Notes: a model not told the origin generated them from the sequence alone. A stretch of 58,903 bases of DNA from a bacterium (GCA_021107795.1 JAIOSB010000009.1:1-58903), one strand, 5' to 3'. Positions 20,082 through 30,475 are shown, numbered from the stretch's first letter. Made by a program: numbers and translations.

Positions 20082-21893
20082 ATGAGTAATCTCAACCATT
20101 TACACTCTAAAAAAAGGTCTCCTAAGAAAAAAATCTCTAAATCAGGATACAATTTTGTTATCTTTTGTGTCCTCTCTTTTGGTGTATTAATACTTCTCCA
20201 GGCTTTTCGGTGGCAGATTATCAAAGGAGATGACTTTGTTGCAATGGCAGCTCGACAATATTCAAATACACAAGAGGAGTTACCTCAGAGAGGTATGATA
20301 CTCGCCATTGACAATACAATCCTTGCAGTAGATGAACCAATATGGAATGTATATGCAAGTTTAAGCTCTGATCTCACCGAAAGAGAAGAGTTCTTTTCTA
20401 ATAAATCCGAGTTTGTAGCCGAAGTCTCTACAATTCTTAGCTTAACAATCCAGGAGGTCGACTCTAAGCTTACACAAGATTTTAGATATGTTAAATTACT
20501 GGACGGAGTCTCCAATGAAAAGAAAAGCGCATTACAATCCGTTGATGTCTTTAATATCCCTACACTTGGACTATATTTCGAAAAAGATATAAAAAGGACA
20601 TACCCCAACAACTCTTTGGCAAGCCATGTCCTTGGCTTCATTGGAAAGACTTCAGAAGGAGAGTATCTAGGACAATATGGTATTGAAGGATACTATTTCT
20701 CAGACATTGAAGGGCAAGCTGGACATTTCACAGGAGAAAAGGATTCTAGTGGCAATGTGATTCTTAATGCAGAATATGACCCACTACAAGCTAGGTCTGG
20801 GAAAACCTTTAGATTAACAATAGATCCCAATATACAGCTCAAAGTGGAAGAAGCTCTTGAGAAGGGAGTCAAGGACACTCAGTCTAAAAGTGGCACTGTA
20901 ATAGTGATGAACCCAAAAACCGGAGCGATAATCTCTATGGCAAATTTCCCCAACTACAATCCAAACGAATATTGGTTAACTCAGGAGCCTTGGATATACA
21001 AGAATCTTGCGGTTTCTGATGTTTATGAATATGGATCAGTTCACAAACCAATTACAGTATCAATCGCCATTGAGTCCGGCATCCCAAAAGATTATACTTG
21101 CGAAGATTCAACTGGTTCACTAGATTTATTTGAGGCTACTGGATATGCAGATTTAAAAGGCAGAAAGATTTATACATGGAACAAACGTGCAGGTGGTCTT
21201 CAAGACTTCTCTCAAATGTTTGTCAATTCCAATAATCCTTGTATCGCTAAAACTGCATTAGAAATTGATTTTGAATATTACTACACTAAAATGAAAGAGT
21301 TTGGTATTGGAACTTCCATAAACATTGGATTACAAGAAGAGTCCACTAGCTATCTCAAACCGTTTGATTCATGGACAAAACTAGATCTCATCACAGCCTC
21401 TTATGGACAGGGAATCTCTGCTACTCCCCTACAAGTGATTTCTGCTATTGCTACTGTAGCAAATGATGGGATTAGAATGCAACCATACATTGTAGATGCA
21501 ATGATTGAAGGGGACGACCTTGAAGTTACAATCCCACAAATCCTTTCCCAGCCCATTTCTAAAGACACCGCAAATGCTACAGCTTTAATGATGCAAGCCG
21601 TGGTACAGAATGGTGGTATACCAGATTATGAAGCAAAACGCGTAAAAGATTATGAGATATCTGCAAAAACAGGTACTGCACAAGTCATCAAGGAGGGGGT
21701 CGTAGGATATCAAGAGGATAAAACTAACACCACCTATATTGGCTTCTCACCAAGTATTAATCCAAAAATGATCATGCTTGTAAGATTATCTGAGCCTCAA
21801 ACTTCAGAGTATGCTGCACTCACAGTAGTCCCTGTATGGAACGATATTTTCCTAGATATTGTAGATGACCTAGAAATTCAGAAAGAAAATTGA
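20082..21893 (+). CDS. ftsI: class B penicillin-binding protein / peptidoglycan D,D-transpeptidase FtsI
   Basis: An N-terminal TM anchor and the transpeptidase triad SVHK (SxxK), SNN (SxN) and KTGT. Confidence 0.9.
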   Translation: MSNLNHLHSKKRSPKKKISKSGYNFVIFCVLSFGVLILLQAFRWQIIKGDDFVAMAARQYSNTQEELPQRGMILAIDNTILAVDEPIWNVYASLSSDLTEREEFFSNKSEFVAEVSTILSLTIQEVDSKLTQDFRYVKLLDGVSNEKKSALQSVDVFNIPTLGLYFEKDIKRTYPNNSLASHVLGFIGKTSEGEYLGQYGIEGYYFSDIEGQAGHFTGEKDSSGNVILNAEYDPLQARSGKTFRLTIDPNIQLKVEEALEKGVKDTQSKSGTVIVMNPKTGAIISMANFPNYNPNEYWLTQEPWIYKNLAVSDVYEYGSVHKPITVSIAIESGIPKDYTCEDSTGSLDLFEATGYADLKGRKIYTWNKRAGGLQDFSQMFVNSNNPCIAKTALEIDFEYYYTKMKEFGIGTSINIGLQEESTSYLKPFDSWTKLDLITASYGQGISATPLQVISAIATVANDGIRMQPYIVDAMIEGDDLEVTIPQILSQPISKDTANATALMMQAVVQNGGIPDYEAKRVKDYEISAKTGTAQVIKEGVVGYQEDKTNTTYIGFSPSINPKMIMLVRLSEPQTSEYAALTVVPVWNDIFLDIVDDLEIQKEN

Positions 21894-21913
21894 GATAATG
21901 ATGTACTAACTTA

Positions 21914-22954
21914 ATGGAACGAGCAATGATAGAAGTATTAAAAGATAGTCTTAACGGTTTCTTCTTAAGTACATTTGTCTCTATAGTATTTGCCCCTATT
22001 GTAATATCTCTTCTCTATAAATTTAATCAAGTTAGCGGAATCAAGAAAACCCGCTTAGCCGAAGGGAAAGGTACAAACGCTCTCTTTATGCGAATTATGA
22101 ATACACAGAAAACAAATGGCACCCCTAATATGGGAGGTGTAATAGTTTGGATTTTAGTACCCATATTAACATATCTTCTAGTAGATATAACTCCTGTCAT
22201 CGAAGTTCTCCTTATTGGTTTTGCTCTTTTTGGATTTTGGGGGTTTATAGATGTCGCTATCTTTACAAACAGTTTTAAAAACAAACCCAAGGTAAGAATC
22301 TTCCAAGAGACTTTCTGGTGGAGATTCGGCAAACTTTTCGTCGTAACACTTCTTAACATCTTTATCCTATTTCTTTTATTTAATACTGGAGAGTTTGATT
22401 CTCTTTCATTCTTCAATGTTATTTCTCTGTCTATCTCACCACTCCTTATTATCCTACTCGGTTTAGTAGGTCAATTTGCAGTGTATTCTGCTGAAATATC
22501 TGACGGTTTAGATGGATTAATGATAGGTATCTTTGCAATTGTTAACGTCGCTTTCATTGTTTTGTTGCTCCTCCAAGGGCTGTACACTTACATCCCTATA
22601 CTAACAATTGTTCTTGGAGTAGTCATTGTCGATTTGTACTTCAATATTCCCCCTGCCAGATTCTGGAATGGAGGTCCTAGTGCAATTCCTCTAGGTTTTC
22701 TCTTCTTCTTTATCGCTTTAACCACAAACAATCTAATCCCATATTTACTAATTACTGGTATGACCTGGATCATTATGCTCTCAAGTATGATTCAATTAGT
22801 CAGTTTGAAATTTTTTAAGAAACGAGTTTTCAAGATTGCTCCTCTTCATCATCATTTTCAAGCTCTAGGTTGGCCACAGTACAAGATTGTAATGAGGTTT
22901 TGGCTATTTACAGCTTTCGCTAGTATAGTGGGGATCTACTTGGGATTGTTCTAA
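21914..22954 (+). CDS. mraY: phospho-N-acetylmuramoyl-pentapeptide transferase
   Basis: A polytopic membrane protein with TPNMGGV, SDGLDGL and PLHHHF motifs. Confidence 0.9.
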   Translation: MERAMIEVLKDSLNGFFLSTFVSIVFAPIVISLLYKFNQVSGIKKTRLAEGKGTNALFMRIMNTQKTNGTPNMGGVIVWILVPILTYLLVDITPVIEVLLIGFALFGFWGFIDVAIFTNSFKNKPKVRIFQETFWWRFGKLFVVTLLNIFILFLLFNTGEFDSLSFFNVISLSISPLLIILLGLVGQFAVYSAEISDGLDGLMIGIFAIVNVAFIVLLLLQGLYTYIPILTIVLGVVIVDLYFNIPPARFWNGGPSAIPLGFLFFFIALTTNNLIPYLLITGMTWIIMLSSMIQLVSLKFFKKRVFKIAPLHHHFQALGWPQYKIVMRFWLFTAFASIVGIYLGLF

Positions 22955-22957
22955 GAA

Positions 22958-23623
22958 TTACTCACACACTACAACTTCACCATTTTCACCTACAAAGGCA
23001 TCTCCAATATTGTAGACTTTACCCTCAAATATGCAGATATCGGCCATATATACTTCCATGTCCTCCGCCTTGTAATATATCTTTGATATATGAACATCTG
23101 TATCGATTAAAAAGACATTAGAAACCATACACTCCTTACCATAGCTACCTGCCAAGAGATTTGTAGAAGTCGTTAGATATATTTCTGAGTCAGAAAACAT
23201 ATAGTAACCAATCTGTGGAGGAAGTTCCCCATCCTTATTACACATACTCAACCTTTCTACCACAACCCTTAACCCCTCTTGGGTACTGGTTACCTCACTA
23301 AATCTTACACTCACGAAAGGAGATTGGACATCTAAGAAATTTAGAAACTTGGAGGAGAACTTCAAACCGTCATTGATATATTCAGAAACTTCTAAGGTAT
23401 TGTCCTCTCCAGCCTCTGGCTCACAAACAACCACCCCTTTTTCATTGCAGTAACAGTTAGGTTCGCCTGATATAGTTTGACCTACACCATACTCCCCATC
23501 ACCATATACACATTTTTTTAATCCCAACTGATCTTTTACAGTAACTGCAAACATTGTTAGTGCAGTAATTAGTAGGCACATGGTAAACAGTACTAACCAG
23601 TTAGGACTCCATTTACGATTCAT
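22958..23623 (-). CDS. hypothetical Cys-containing exported/anchored protein
   Basis: An N-terminal hydrophobic anchor (NWLVLFTMCLLITALTMFAV). A Cys motif is repeated near both ends (NEKGVVVCE and ENGEVVVCE). Confidence 0.5.
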   Translation of the reverse strand: MNRKWSPNWLVLFTMCLLITALTMFAVTVKDQLGLKKCVYGDGEYGVGQTISGEPNCYCNEKGVVVCEPEAGEDNTLEVSEYINDGLKFSSKFLNFLDVQSPFVSVRFSEVTSTQEGLRVVVERLSMCNKDGELPPQIGYYMFSDSEIYLTTSTNLLAGSYGKECMVSNVFLIDTDVHISKIYYKAEDMEVYMADICIFEGKVYNIGDAFVGENGEVVVCE

Positions 23624-23711
23624 AACGAGTTATTCTACCACATTACAAGTACAATGTTGTACACTCCACACTATAGCGTAATTAACTTCTAAAATATGAT
23701 ACAATCTCTCT

Positions 23712-24593
23712 ATGCATGATTCTCACATACATTTAGCACGAAATCCTCTTAAAGATAATTGGAAAAGAGATACTCAAGATTTCATAAATAATGGTGGGAA
23801 AAAGATTCTTACACAAGGTTCCGATGTAGAGGATTTCAACGACACCTTCCAAGTGGCACAAAAGATTAACCAGAGATTTGGGGATATAGTGGATATAGCT
23901 CTTGGTATTCATCCTACAGTTTTCCAAAGAAACTTCGACAAAAACAACTACGAGGACATTTTTAGTGGTAGTAAGAAGTTACTAACTCGTTTTGTAGAGA
24001 TATTTGGGCAAGAAAAAGACAAATTAAGTGCAGTAGGGGAGACAGGGTTAGACTACTTTGAGATGTATAATGCGGAATTAGAACAAAAGCAGATAGAAGC
24101 ATTAAAACAAGTACAGAAAGAAAGTTTTAAAGTACATATACAACTCGCTAAAAAGAATAACCTACCTCTTAGTATTCATGCAAGAGAACTCTCTGGAGAA
24201 ATAAATTGCATTGTCGATGCCCTAGAACTTGTAGCTAAAAATGGGAATGGATTAGTAAATGGGAGTTTCCATAGTTACACAGGTGAACTCCCCCCTGTAT
24301 CTGACATATTAGATCTTGGATTCTGTATAGGGTTTAATGCAATCATTACCTATCCCAATGGAGAAAATGTAAGACAAATATTAAAGAAAACTCCCAATGA
24401 CAGAATCCTATTCGAAACAGACGGACCATTTCTCACCGTACAAAGTGTTAGGAAAAACAAAAAGGCATTGATTAGGTATGGAAGATCTGCACAGGTCAAA
24501 GAGATCCTCGAAGTCGCTGCAGGAATAAAAAACATTTCTCCCCAAAAACTTGAAGATATTGCCGATGAGAATTATGAAAGAGTCTTTGGTTAA
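23712..24593 (+). CDS. TatD-family metal-dependent hydrolase
   Basis: N-terminal HDSHIHL, an internal GETGLDY, then SIHAR and ETDGPF. Confidence 0.85.
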   Translation: MHDSHIHLARNPLKDNWKRDTQDFINNGGKKILTQGSDVEDFNDTFQVAQKINQRFGDIVDIALGIHPTVFQRNFDKNNYEDIFSGSKKLLTRFVEIFGQEKDKLSAVGETGLDYFEMYNAELEQKQIEALKQVQKESFKVHIQLAKKNNLPLSIHARELSGEINCIVDALELVAKNGNGLVNGSFHSYTGELPPVSDILDLGFCIGFNAIITYPNGENVRQILKKTPNDRILFETDGPFLTVQSVRKNKKALIRYGRSAQVKEILEVAAGIKNISPQKLEDIADENYERVFG

Positions 24594-25279
24594 TTCTTTT
24601 TTGATACAACAACCACCCATTCTCCATGAGGAGTCTGCTCTAAACCATCTTCTCTTAAAGAAGACATTACCTCTGACACATTCCCAAAGTACGCTTTCTC
24701 TCTCTTTTTACTAATATCTCGAATAGCAGTTACTAGAGTGTCACAATCTAAATCTTGAATCAGCTTCAATAATTTAAACAATCTGTTGGGTGACTCATAT
24801 ATAACTAGTGTGTTTTCTAAACCAAAAAAGTGTGACAGAAGTTTTTCTCTTTTTCCCTTCGACTTAGGCAAGAACCCTAAGAATGTAAATCTGTCCGTAG
24901 GCAAACCACTTACTGATACTGCACTCGTCAATGCACTAGGTCCAGGTATAGATACTACATTGTAACCCTTCACTCTCAAATCTCTTACCAATTTATACCC
25001 TGGGTCTGAAATCAATGGAGTACCGCAATCGGATACCAAAGCTAAGTCTAAACCCATTTCTAATTTCTCCACAATCTTCTCAATCATCTTTGTATGATTT
25101 TGATCTCTATATGATATTAATTGAGTATCAATATTGTATTCGTTAAGAAGCTTTTTTGTTTCTCTAGTGTCCTCAGCAAGTATAAAGACTACTTCCTTAA
25201 GAGTTTCAATAGCCCTCAATGTAATATCTTTTAAATTACCAATTGGAGTAGCTACAACATACAGTTTACCTTTATCCAT
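24590..25279 (-). CDS. rsmI: 16S rRNA (cytidine1402-2'-O)-methyltransferase
   Basis: LYVVATPIGNLKDITLRA followed by AEDTRETKKLL, typical of the tetrapyrrole-methylase-fold RsmI. Confidence 0.9.
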   Translation of the reverse strand: MDKGKLYVVATPIGNLKDITLRAIETLKEVVFILAEDTRETKKLLNEYNIDTQLISYRDQNHTKMIEKIVEKLEMGLDLALVSDCGTPLISDPGYKLVRDLRVKGYNVVSIPGPSALTSAVSVSGLPTDRFTFLGFLPKSKGKREKLLSHFFGLENTLVIYESPNRLFKLLKLIQDLDCDTLVTAIRDISKKREKAYFGNVSEVMSSLREDGLEQTPHGEWVVVVSKKN

Positions 25280-25952
25280 TCTCTATCACCTCAATTACTT
25301 TATCTACCCCCATTATACCCCTTCCTGCATCTTCTACAGAAAATCCACCAATATTTACCCTTCTTAACTCAACTGCTGTAGCATAATTGCCCAACTTCTC
25401 ACCAATATCATTTACCAAAGTACGAATATATGTACCAGTAGAACAGAGTATCCCTAACTTTAATTTAGGATATTCATATTCCAATATCTTACACTCATAT
25501 ATTTCAATTTCCTTTGGCAAAAGTGTAAACTCTTTTCCTTCTCTAGCTAATTCATAGGCTTTCCTCCCCTTAATCTTCTTTGCCGAGTAGTGGGGAGGTG
25601 TTTGTAATATCCTTCCTAAGAACTCTCTTTCTACTACTTTTTCGATATCCTCTTTGGTAGGGATATCTCCATCCACACTTTTCTCTACTACTTCTCCCAT
25701 AATATCTTGAGTATCTGTCTTGAAACCAAACTGCGCTTCAACCACATACCTTTTCTTAAGAGTATGAAACCTTTCCATTAGCTTAGTAGCCTCCCTACCT
25801 ATCATCACAATTAGAAGCCCTGTAGCAAACGGATCAAGTGTTCCAGCATGTCCAATTTTAGTACCTTTTACTAAATCTTTTTTCAACCTTCTAATTACAT
25901 CGTAAGATGTAATTCCCTTCTCCTTGTCTATTAGCATGATTCCGTTTATCAT
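25272..25952 (-). CDS. truB: tRNA pseudouridine(55) synthase
   Basis: GITSYDVI followed by the catalytic HAGTLDPFATGLL. The short form lacks a PUA domain. Confidence 0.9.
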   Translation of the reverse strand: MINGIMLIDKEKGITSYDVIRRLKKDLVKGTKIGHAGTLDPFATGLLIVMIGREATKLMERFHTLKKRYVVEAQFGFKTDTQDIMGEVVEKSVDGDIPTKEDIEKVVEREFLGRILQTPPHYSAKKIKGRKAYELAREGKEFTLLPKEIEIYECKILEYEYPKLKLGILCSTGTYIRTLVNDIGEKLGNYATAVELRRVNIGGFSVEDAGRGIMGVDKVIEVIENG

Positions 25953-25986
25953 ATATCAATCACTAAATTATACACAATTATCGCAC

Positions 25987-26451
25987 ATGCCAAATGGTTT
26001 AGCATTAGCAATATCAATTTTAATACTAGCCTTAGTCATCTCATATGTCATAAGCATGTTACTGAGTTTCTTTCTCTCGACTACACCAACTCCTAGGAAA
26101 GAGCTTAGACCTCTTGCAAAAAAGATGAAACTTAAGAAAGGAGATGTCTTCGCAGATTTGGGATGTGGAGATGGTAGAGTAGTATTTGAAGTAGCAAAAA
26201 GATACAAAGATGTGAAATGTATAGGGTATGAGATCTCCCCAATACACCTCATGCTCGCCAACCTCTCTAAAACACTTCTTTACCCATTTACCAAGCGAGT
26301 AGTAATATATCCAGAGGATTTTACAAAAGCAGACTTAAGAGACATTACCGTTGTATACACCAATTGGGGAAGAAATATTAGTAAAAACCAAAAAGAATTC
26401 TTGAAAAGGATTAAAAAAGAAAAAAGGATTAGGATAGTGAGTGCAGAGTAA
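25987..26451 (+). CDS. membrane-anchored class I SAM-dependent methyltransferase
   Basis: A TM segment followed by SAM motif I, FADLGCGDGRV. ATG at 25987 is chosen. The ORF is open from the TTG at 25924, which would overlap truB. Confidence 0.65.
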   Translation: MPNGLALAISILILALVISYVISMLLSFFLSTTPTPRKELRPLAKKMKLKKGDVFADLGCGDGRVVFEVAKRYKDVKCIGYEISPIHLMLANLSKTLLYPFTKRVVIYPEDFTKADLRDITVVYTNWGRNISKNQKEFLKRIKKEKRIRIVSAE

Positions 26452-26491
26452 TCATATTTCAAATCCATATCATAGTGTAATATAATGAGGT

Positions 26492-27697
26492 ATGAACGAA
26501 CCATTAGCATCTAAATACAGACCAAAGAATTTCGATAACTTTGTAGGACAACAACACCTCATTGGGACAAAAGCTCCAATTCGTCAATTCTTAGAACTAG
26601 GACGTATCCCATCCATGATATTCTGGGGACCACCCGGCACAGGAAAAACGACATTAGCTTACATCATTTCCCAAAACCTCTACTACGATTTCTACAAACT
26701 TCAAGCAGTAAGCAGTGGTAAAGACAAATTGAGAAAGATAATAGCGAAAGCACTTGCCAATCAGCAATACAACAAAAAAACAATACTCTTTTTAGATGAA
26801 ATACACAGATGGAATAAAGCACAACAAGATGCATTACTACCATATGTGGAAAAAGGCACAATCATTCTCATTGGAGCTACAACTGAAAACCCATCTTTTA
26901 CTGTAATCTCTGCATTACTCTCTAGAACAAAAGTCTTTGTATTCAACCAACACACAGAGGAAGACATTTTTAATTTACTCAAACGAATATCAAAAGAAGA
27001 ATACCCTGAGATTACAATCACAAAGAAGATATTACAAACAATGGCAAATCTTTCGAATGGAGATATAAGATCTGCATTAAACATCCTTGAAATGGCTACA
27101 ACACTAGCTCTCGCAGAACAGGAAAAAGACAAAAAAGCAAAGGTTACAGAAAAAATCCTCTCCAACACCATTCAAAAGCCAATCTACTACGACAAGAATG
27201 GAGAGGAACATTACAACACCATCTCCGCAATACACAAATCTATGAGATCCTCTGACCCGAATGCAGCAATGTATTGGGTAGGAAGAATGCTACAGGCAGG
27301 AGAAGATCCACTCTATGTCGCTCGTAGACTTCTCCGATTTGCAAGTGAAGATATTGGAAACGCAGACCCACAAGCAGTCATACTTGCTAATACTGTATAT
27401 GAGACCTGTCAAAAACTAGGTATGCCTGAGTGTGGAGTAGCACTCTTACAACTAGCAACATATTTAGCGAAAGCACCAAAAGACAACAGTTCATACAAGG
27501 CAGAGCATAAAATCAAACAAGATATCGAACAATATGGGAATTTGCCAGTACCACTACATATACGAAATGCACCTACAAAGCTAATGAAAAATATTGGATA
27601 TGGGAAAGGATATCAATACGACCATGATTTGCCCGATAAAAAATCAGACCAACAATGTTTACCAGACAAACTAAAAAATCGTAAGTACATCACCTAA
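26492..27697 (+). CDS. rarA: replication-associated recombination protein A (AAA+ ATPase)
   Basis: LASKYRPKNFDNFVGQQHL, Walker A GPPGTGKTT, Walker B LFLDEIHRWNK, and the MgsA C-terminal region (AMYWVGRML, GEDPLYVARRL). Confidence 0.9.
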   Translation: MNEPLASKYRPKNFDNFVGQQHLIGTKAPIRQFLELGRIPSMIFWGPPGTGKTTLAYIISQNLYYDFYKLQAVSSGKDKLRKIIAKALANQQYNKKTILFLDEIHRWNKAQQDALLPYVEKGTIILIGATTENPSFTVISALLSRTKVFVFNQHTEEDIFNLLKRISKEEYPEITITKKILQTMANLSNGDIRSALNILEMATTLALAEQEKDKKAKVTEKILSNTIQKPIYYDKNGEEHYNTISAIHKSMRSSDPNAAMYWVGRMLQAGEDPLYVARRLLRFASEDIGNADPQAVILANTVYETCQKLGMPECGVALLQLATYLAKAPKDNSSYKAEHKIKQDIEQYGNLPVPLHIRNAPTKLMKNIGYGKGYQYDHDLPDKKSDQQCLPDKLKNRKYIT

Positions 27698-27720
27698 CTA
27701 ATATGATATAATTTTGTCAT

Positions 27721-28962
27721 ATGGCTAATACAACAGTAAGAACAGACAAAGAAATTATCGAAAGAATCTTAACCAAAGCGGTTGAGCAAATTCTCCCTGA
27801 TAAAGAAAGTCTTGAGAAAAAGCTCTACTCTGGAGAGCGTCTCAATATCTACCAAGGCTTTGACCCTACAGCACCTACACTCCATGTAGGACATACTGTC
27901 ACAATGAGAAAACTAGAAGACTTTAGAAAACTCGGACACAATGTAATCTTTCTAATTGGAGACTTCACAGCTAGAATAGGGGATCCATCAGACAAGAAGA
28001 GTGCCAGAGATTCTGCAAGAAAAATTCTAACAAAGAAAGACATTGATAAAAACCTAAAAGAATATACCAACCAAGCCTCCTCCATTATCGACATCAAAAA
28101 CAAGGAGAATCCTGTACAAGTCATGTACAACAGTACCTGGTTAGAGCCTCTAAACTTTGCAGATATCATAAAACTAGCTTCAGAGTTTACAGTTCAACAA
28201 CTACTAAAGCGAAGTATGTTTCAGAAGAGAATAGAAGAGAAGAAACCGATATTCCTAAATGAATTCCTCTACCCAATGATGCAAGGATATGATTCTGTCA
28301 TGATGGACATAGACGTTGAACTGGGAGGGAACGATCAACTCTTTAATATGCTTGCAGGTAGAGATATGGTTAAAAACCACCTAGACAAAGAAAAAATTGT
28401 AGTAACCGGAAAACTTCTAACTACAGCACAAGGAGACAAGATGGGTAAAAGTGAAGGGAATATGATAGAACTTAATAATAGTGCGCAAGAGATGTATGGC
28501 AGAGTTATGGCCTTTACTGACGACCAAATTGTGGAAGGGTTTGAATTACTAACCAGTGCAACAATGAGCGAGGTAGAAAAAATAGAGAAACGGTTAACTG
28601 CAAACGAAAACCCTATGCTCCTCAAGAAAGAGTTGGCACTCCAATTAACAACCGAACTTAAAAGTCCCAAAGAAGCTAAAGCAGCACAAGAATATTTTGA
28701 AACAGTCTTTCAAAAGAAATCTTCTGACACAGAACTTACTGAGATATTAGTTACTAATAAACACTATCCTCTCACAGAGCTAATTGTCGAACTGGACTTA
28801 GCCCCAAGTAAATCTCAAGCGAGAAGACTCGTAGAACAGGGTGCTGTCAAAATTGATGACTCTACAGTGAACGATTGGCAAACAACAATGTCTCTCACTC
28901 AGCCCATCATACTCAAGGTAGGTAAGAAACTTCTCAAAGTAATTCACACACCACAAATCTAA
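27721..28962 (+). CDS. tyrS: tyrosine--tRNA ligase
   Basis: YQGFDPTAPTLHVGH (HIGH), KMGKS (KMSKS) and a C-terminal S4-like domain (SKSQARRLVEQGAVKID). Confidence 0.9.
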   Translation: MANTTVRTDKEIIERILTKAVEQILPDKESLEKKLYSGERLNIYQGFDPTAPTLHVGHTVTMRKLEDFRKLGHNVIFLIGDFTARIGDPSDKKSARDSARKILTKKDIDKNLKEYTNQASSIIDIKNKENPVQVMYNSTWLEPLNFADIIKLASEFTVQQLLKRSMFQKRIEEKKPIFLNEFLYPMMQGYDSVMMDIDVELGGNDQLFNMLAGRDMVKNHLDKEKIVVTGKLLTTAQGDKMGKSEGNMIELNNSAQEMYGRVMAFTDDQIVEGFELLTSATMSEVEKIEKRLTANENPMLLKKELALQLTTELKSPKEAKAAQEYFETVFQKKSSDTELTEILVTNKHYPLTELIVELDLAPSKSQARRLVEQGAVKIDDSTVNDWQTTMSLTQPIILKVGKKLLKVIHTPQI

Positions 28963-28983
28963 GGGGGAGATTTTTAAGTTTAA

Positions 28984-29002
28984 TCCCCTAAGGGGATTCT
29001 TT
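28984..29002 (+). terminator. short hairpin plus T-rich tail after tyrS (weak intrinsic terminator candidate)
   Basis: TCCCC-TAA-GGGGA followed by TTCTTT. An upstream GGGGA (28964..28968) could pair alternatively with the TCCCC arm. Confidence 0.3.
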
Positions 29003-29005
29003 AAT

Positions 29006-30448
29006 ATGGAAAACACAAAAATAGGGAACAAATTAAAAAGCAGCTGCCCAAAAGAATTCCAGAACATCATGGATATTTCTCTCAAACTTGCACAGAAACT
29101 CTACACAACCACACAAAGACCTACTGGAGACAGATATTTGAATCATTGCATAGATACCGCACTCAGGCTACAAGAACAACATTTTGACTATGCGACAGTA
29201 ATTACAGGATTACTTCACCATATTGAAATGACTGATACCAACATTGAATATATTAACAAGAATATTTCTGAAGAAGTCTCTCACTTACTACAAACCTACA
29301 AAGAAATAGAAGGTGAAATAAAAAACCTAGACGCTTCATATTTGCTTATCACAAGATACATCCTTAGCAAAACTAAAGACCTGAGACCAGTACTAGTCCA
29401 CATAGCAAATGCACAATCAAACAGCCATATTCTCTCCTCCGTCAAAGCAGACAAGAAAAGCAAAGATATCATTCTTCGTAATTTCCATATCCATGGGACC
29501 TTAGCAAAATATCTAGGATTTGGAGACAAGGAGAAAGATATCATGGAAGAATGCTTTAGAATTACTCAGCCGGAAGAATATGATTACATAACAAGACTTT
29601 ACGAAAAAGAAAATATCTCAAAAAAGACCCTTCAATCCTATAATTCCTACCTTCAAAAGCTTTTGAATAAATATAACCATGAAATTGAAATAACCTCAAG
29701 AATAAAGAGCAAGTACAGTACGTATCTTAAATCAAAGAAATATATAGCTGAGGGAGTTCTCAATCCAATCGCTCATATTGATGACCTCATTGGCTTTCGT
29801 ATTCTTACTAAAGACAGCAATACCTGCTACAAAATCCTCAATACAATCTGGGAACAAGGTAAAGTAATTTCAAAGGAATTTGATGACTATATCGCAAATC
29901 CCAAACCTAATGGATATAAAGCAATGCAAGGCCCTGTAGTTTTTCCAGAAATAGCAGAGTTGCGAGTTGAGATCCAAATTCTTTCCAAAGATATGTATGT
30001 CTACAATACATATGGTCCGGCCTCCCATCTTGCATATAAAGAAAGTAAGAGGAAATATGCAAAAGCCTCTAACACATATGACTGGGTCGAAGAGATTCAC
30101 CACAATATTGAAAAGAACAAAGAAAAGTCTAATACAAAATTCTCCATACCCATCACCGTGAATATTTTCCCTGATCAAGTATACCCACTAACCCCACAAG
30201 GTAAAATCATGACCATGAGTCAGGGAGACACTATCACTGATTTCGCATACCTACTACATACAGAAGTAGGAAACAGTATGATCGCTGCAAAGATAAACTC
30301 TAAAGACTCTAGTCTTGACTCACTACTCCAAACAGGAGATGTTGTGGAAATAATTACACAAAAAGGGAAAACCCACCCAAAACCAGAATTACTAGGATAC
30401 GCTAACTCAAAACACGCGAAAATCAAAATTAGTCGCGCTATCAAATAG
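29006..30448 (+). CDS. RelA/SpoT-homologue (HD-like + nucleotidyltransferase + TGS domains)
   Basis: An HD-like region (RYLNHCIDTALRL, LLHH), a RelA_SpoT core (IDDLIGFRILT, KPNGYKAMQ, VEIQILS, ASHLAYK) and a TGS domain (VYPLTPQGKIMTMSQGDTITDFAY). Confidence 0.8.
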   Translation: MENTKIGNKLKSSCPKEFQNIMDISLKLAQKLYTTTQRPTGDRYLNHCIDTALRLQEQHFDYATVITGLLHHIEMTDTNIEYINKNISEEVSHLLQTYKEIEGEIKNLDASYLLITRYILSKTKDLRPVLVHIANAQSNSHILSSVKADKKSKDIILRNFHIHGTLAKYLGFGDKEKDIMEECFRITQPEEYDYITRLYEKENISKKTLQSYNSYLQKLLNKYNHEIEITSRIKSKYSTYLKSKKYIAEGVLNPIAHIDDLIGFRILTKDSNTCYKILNTIWEQGKVISKEFDDYIANPKPNGYKAMQGPVVFPEIAELRVEIQILSKDMYVYNTYGPASHLAYKESKRKYAKASNTYDWVEEIHHNIEKNKEKSNTKFSIPITVNIFPDQVYPLTPQGKIMTMSQGDTITDFAYLLHTEVGNSMIAAKINSKDSSLDSLLQTGDVVEIITQKGKTHPKPELLGYANSKHAKIKISRAIK

Positions 30449-30475
30449 CTACTAAATATTGTACAATGACTAACC

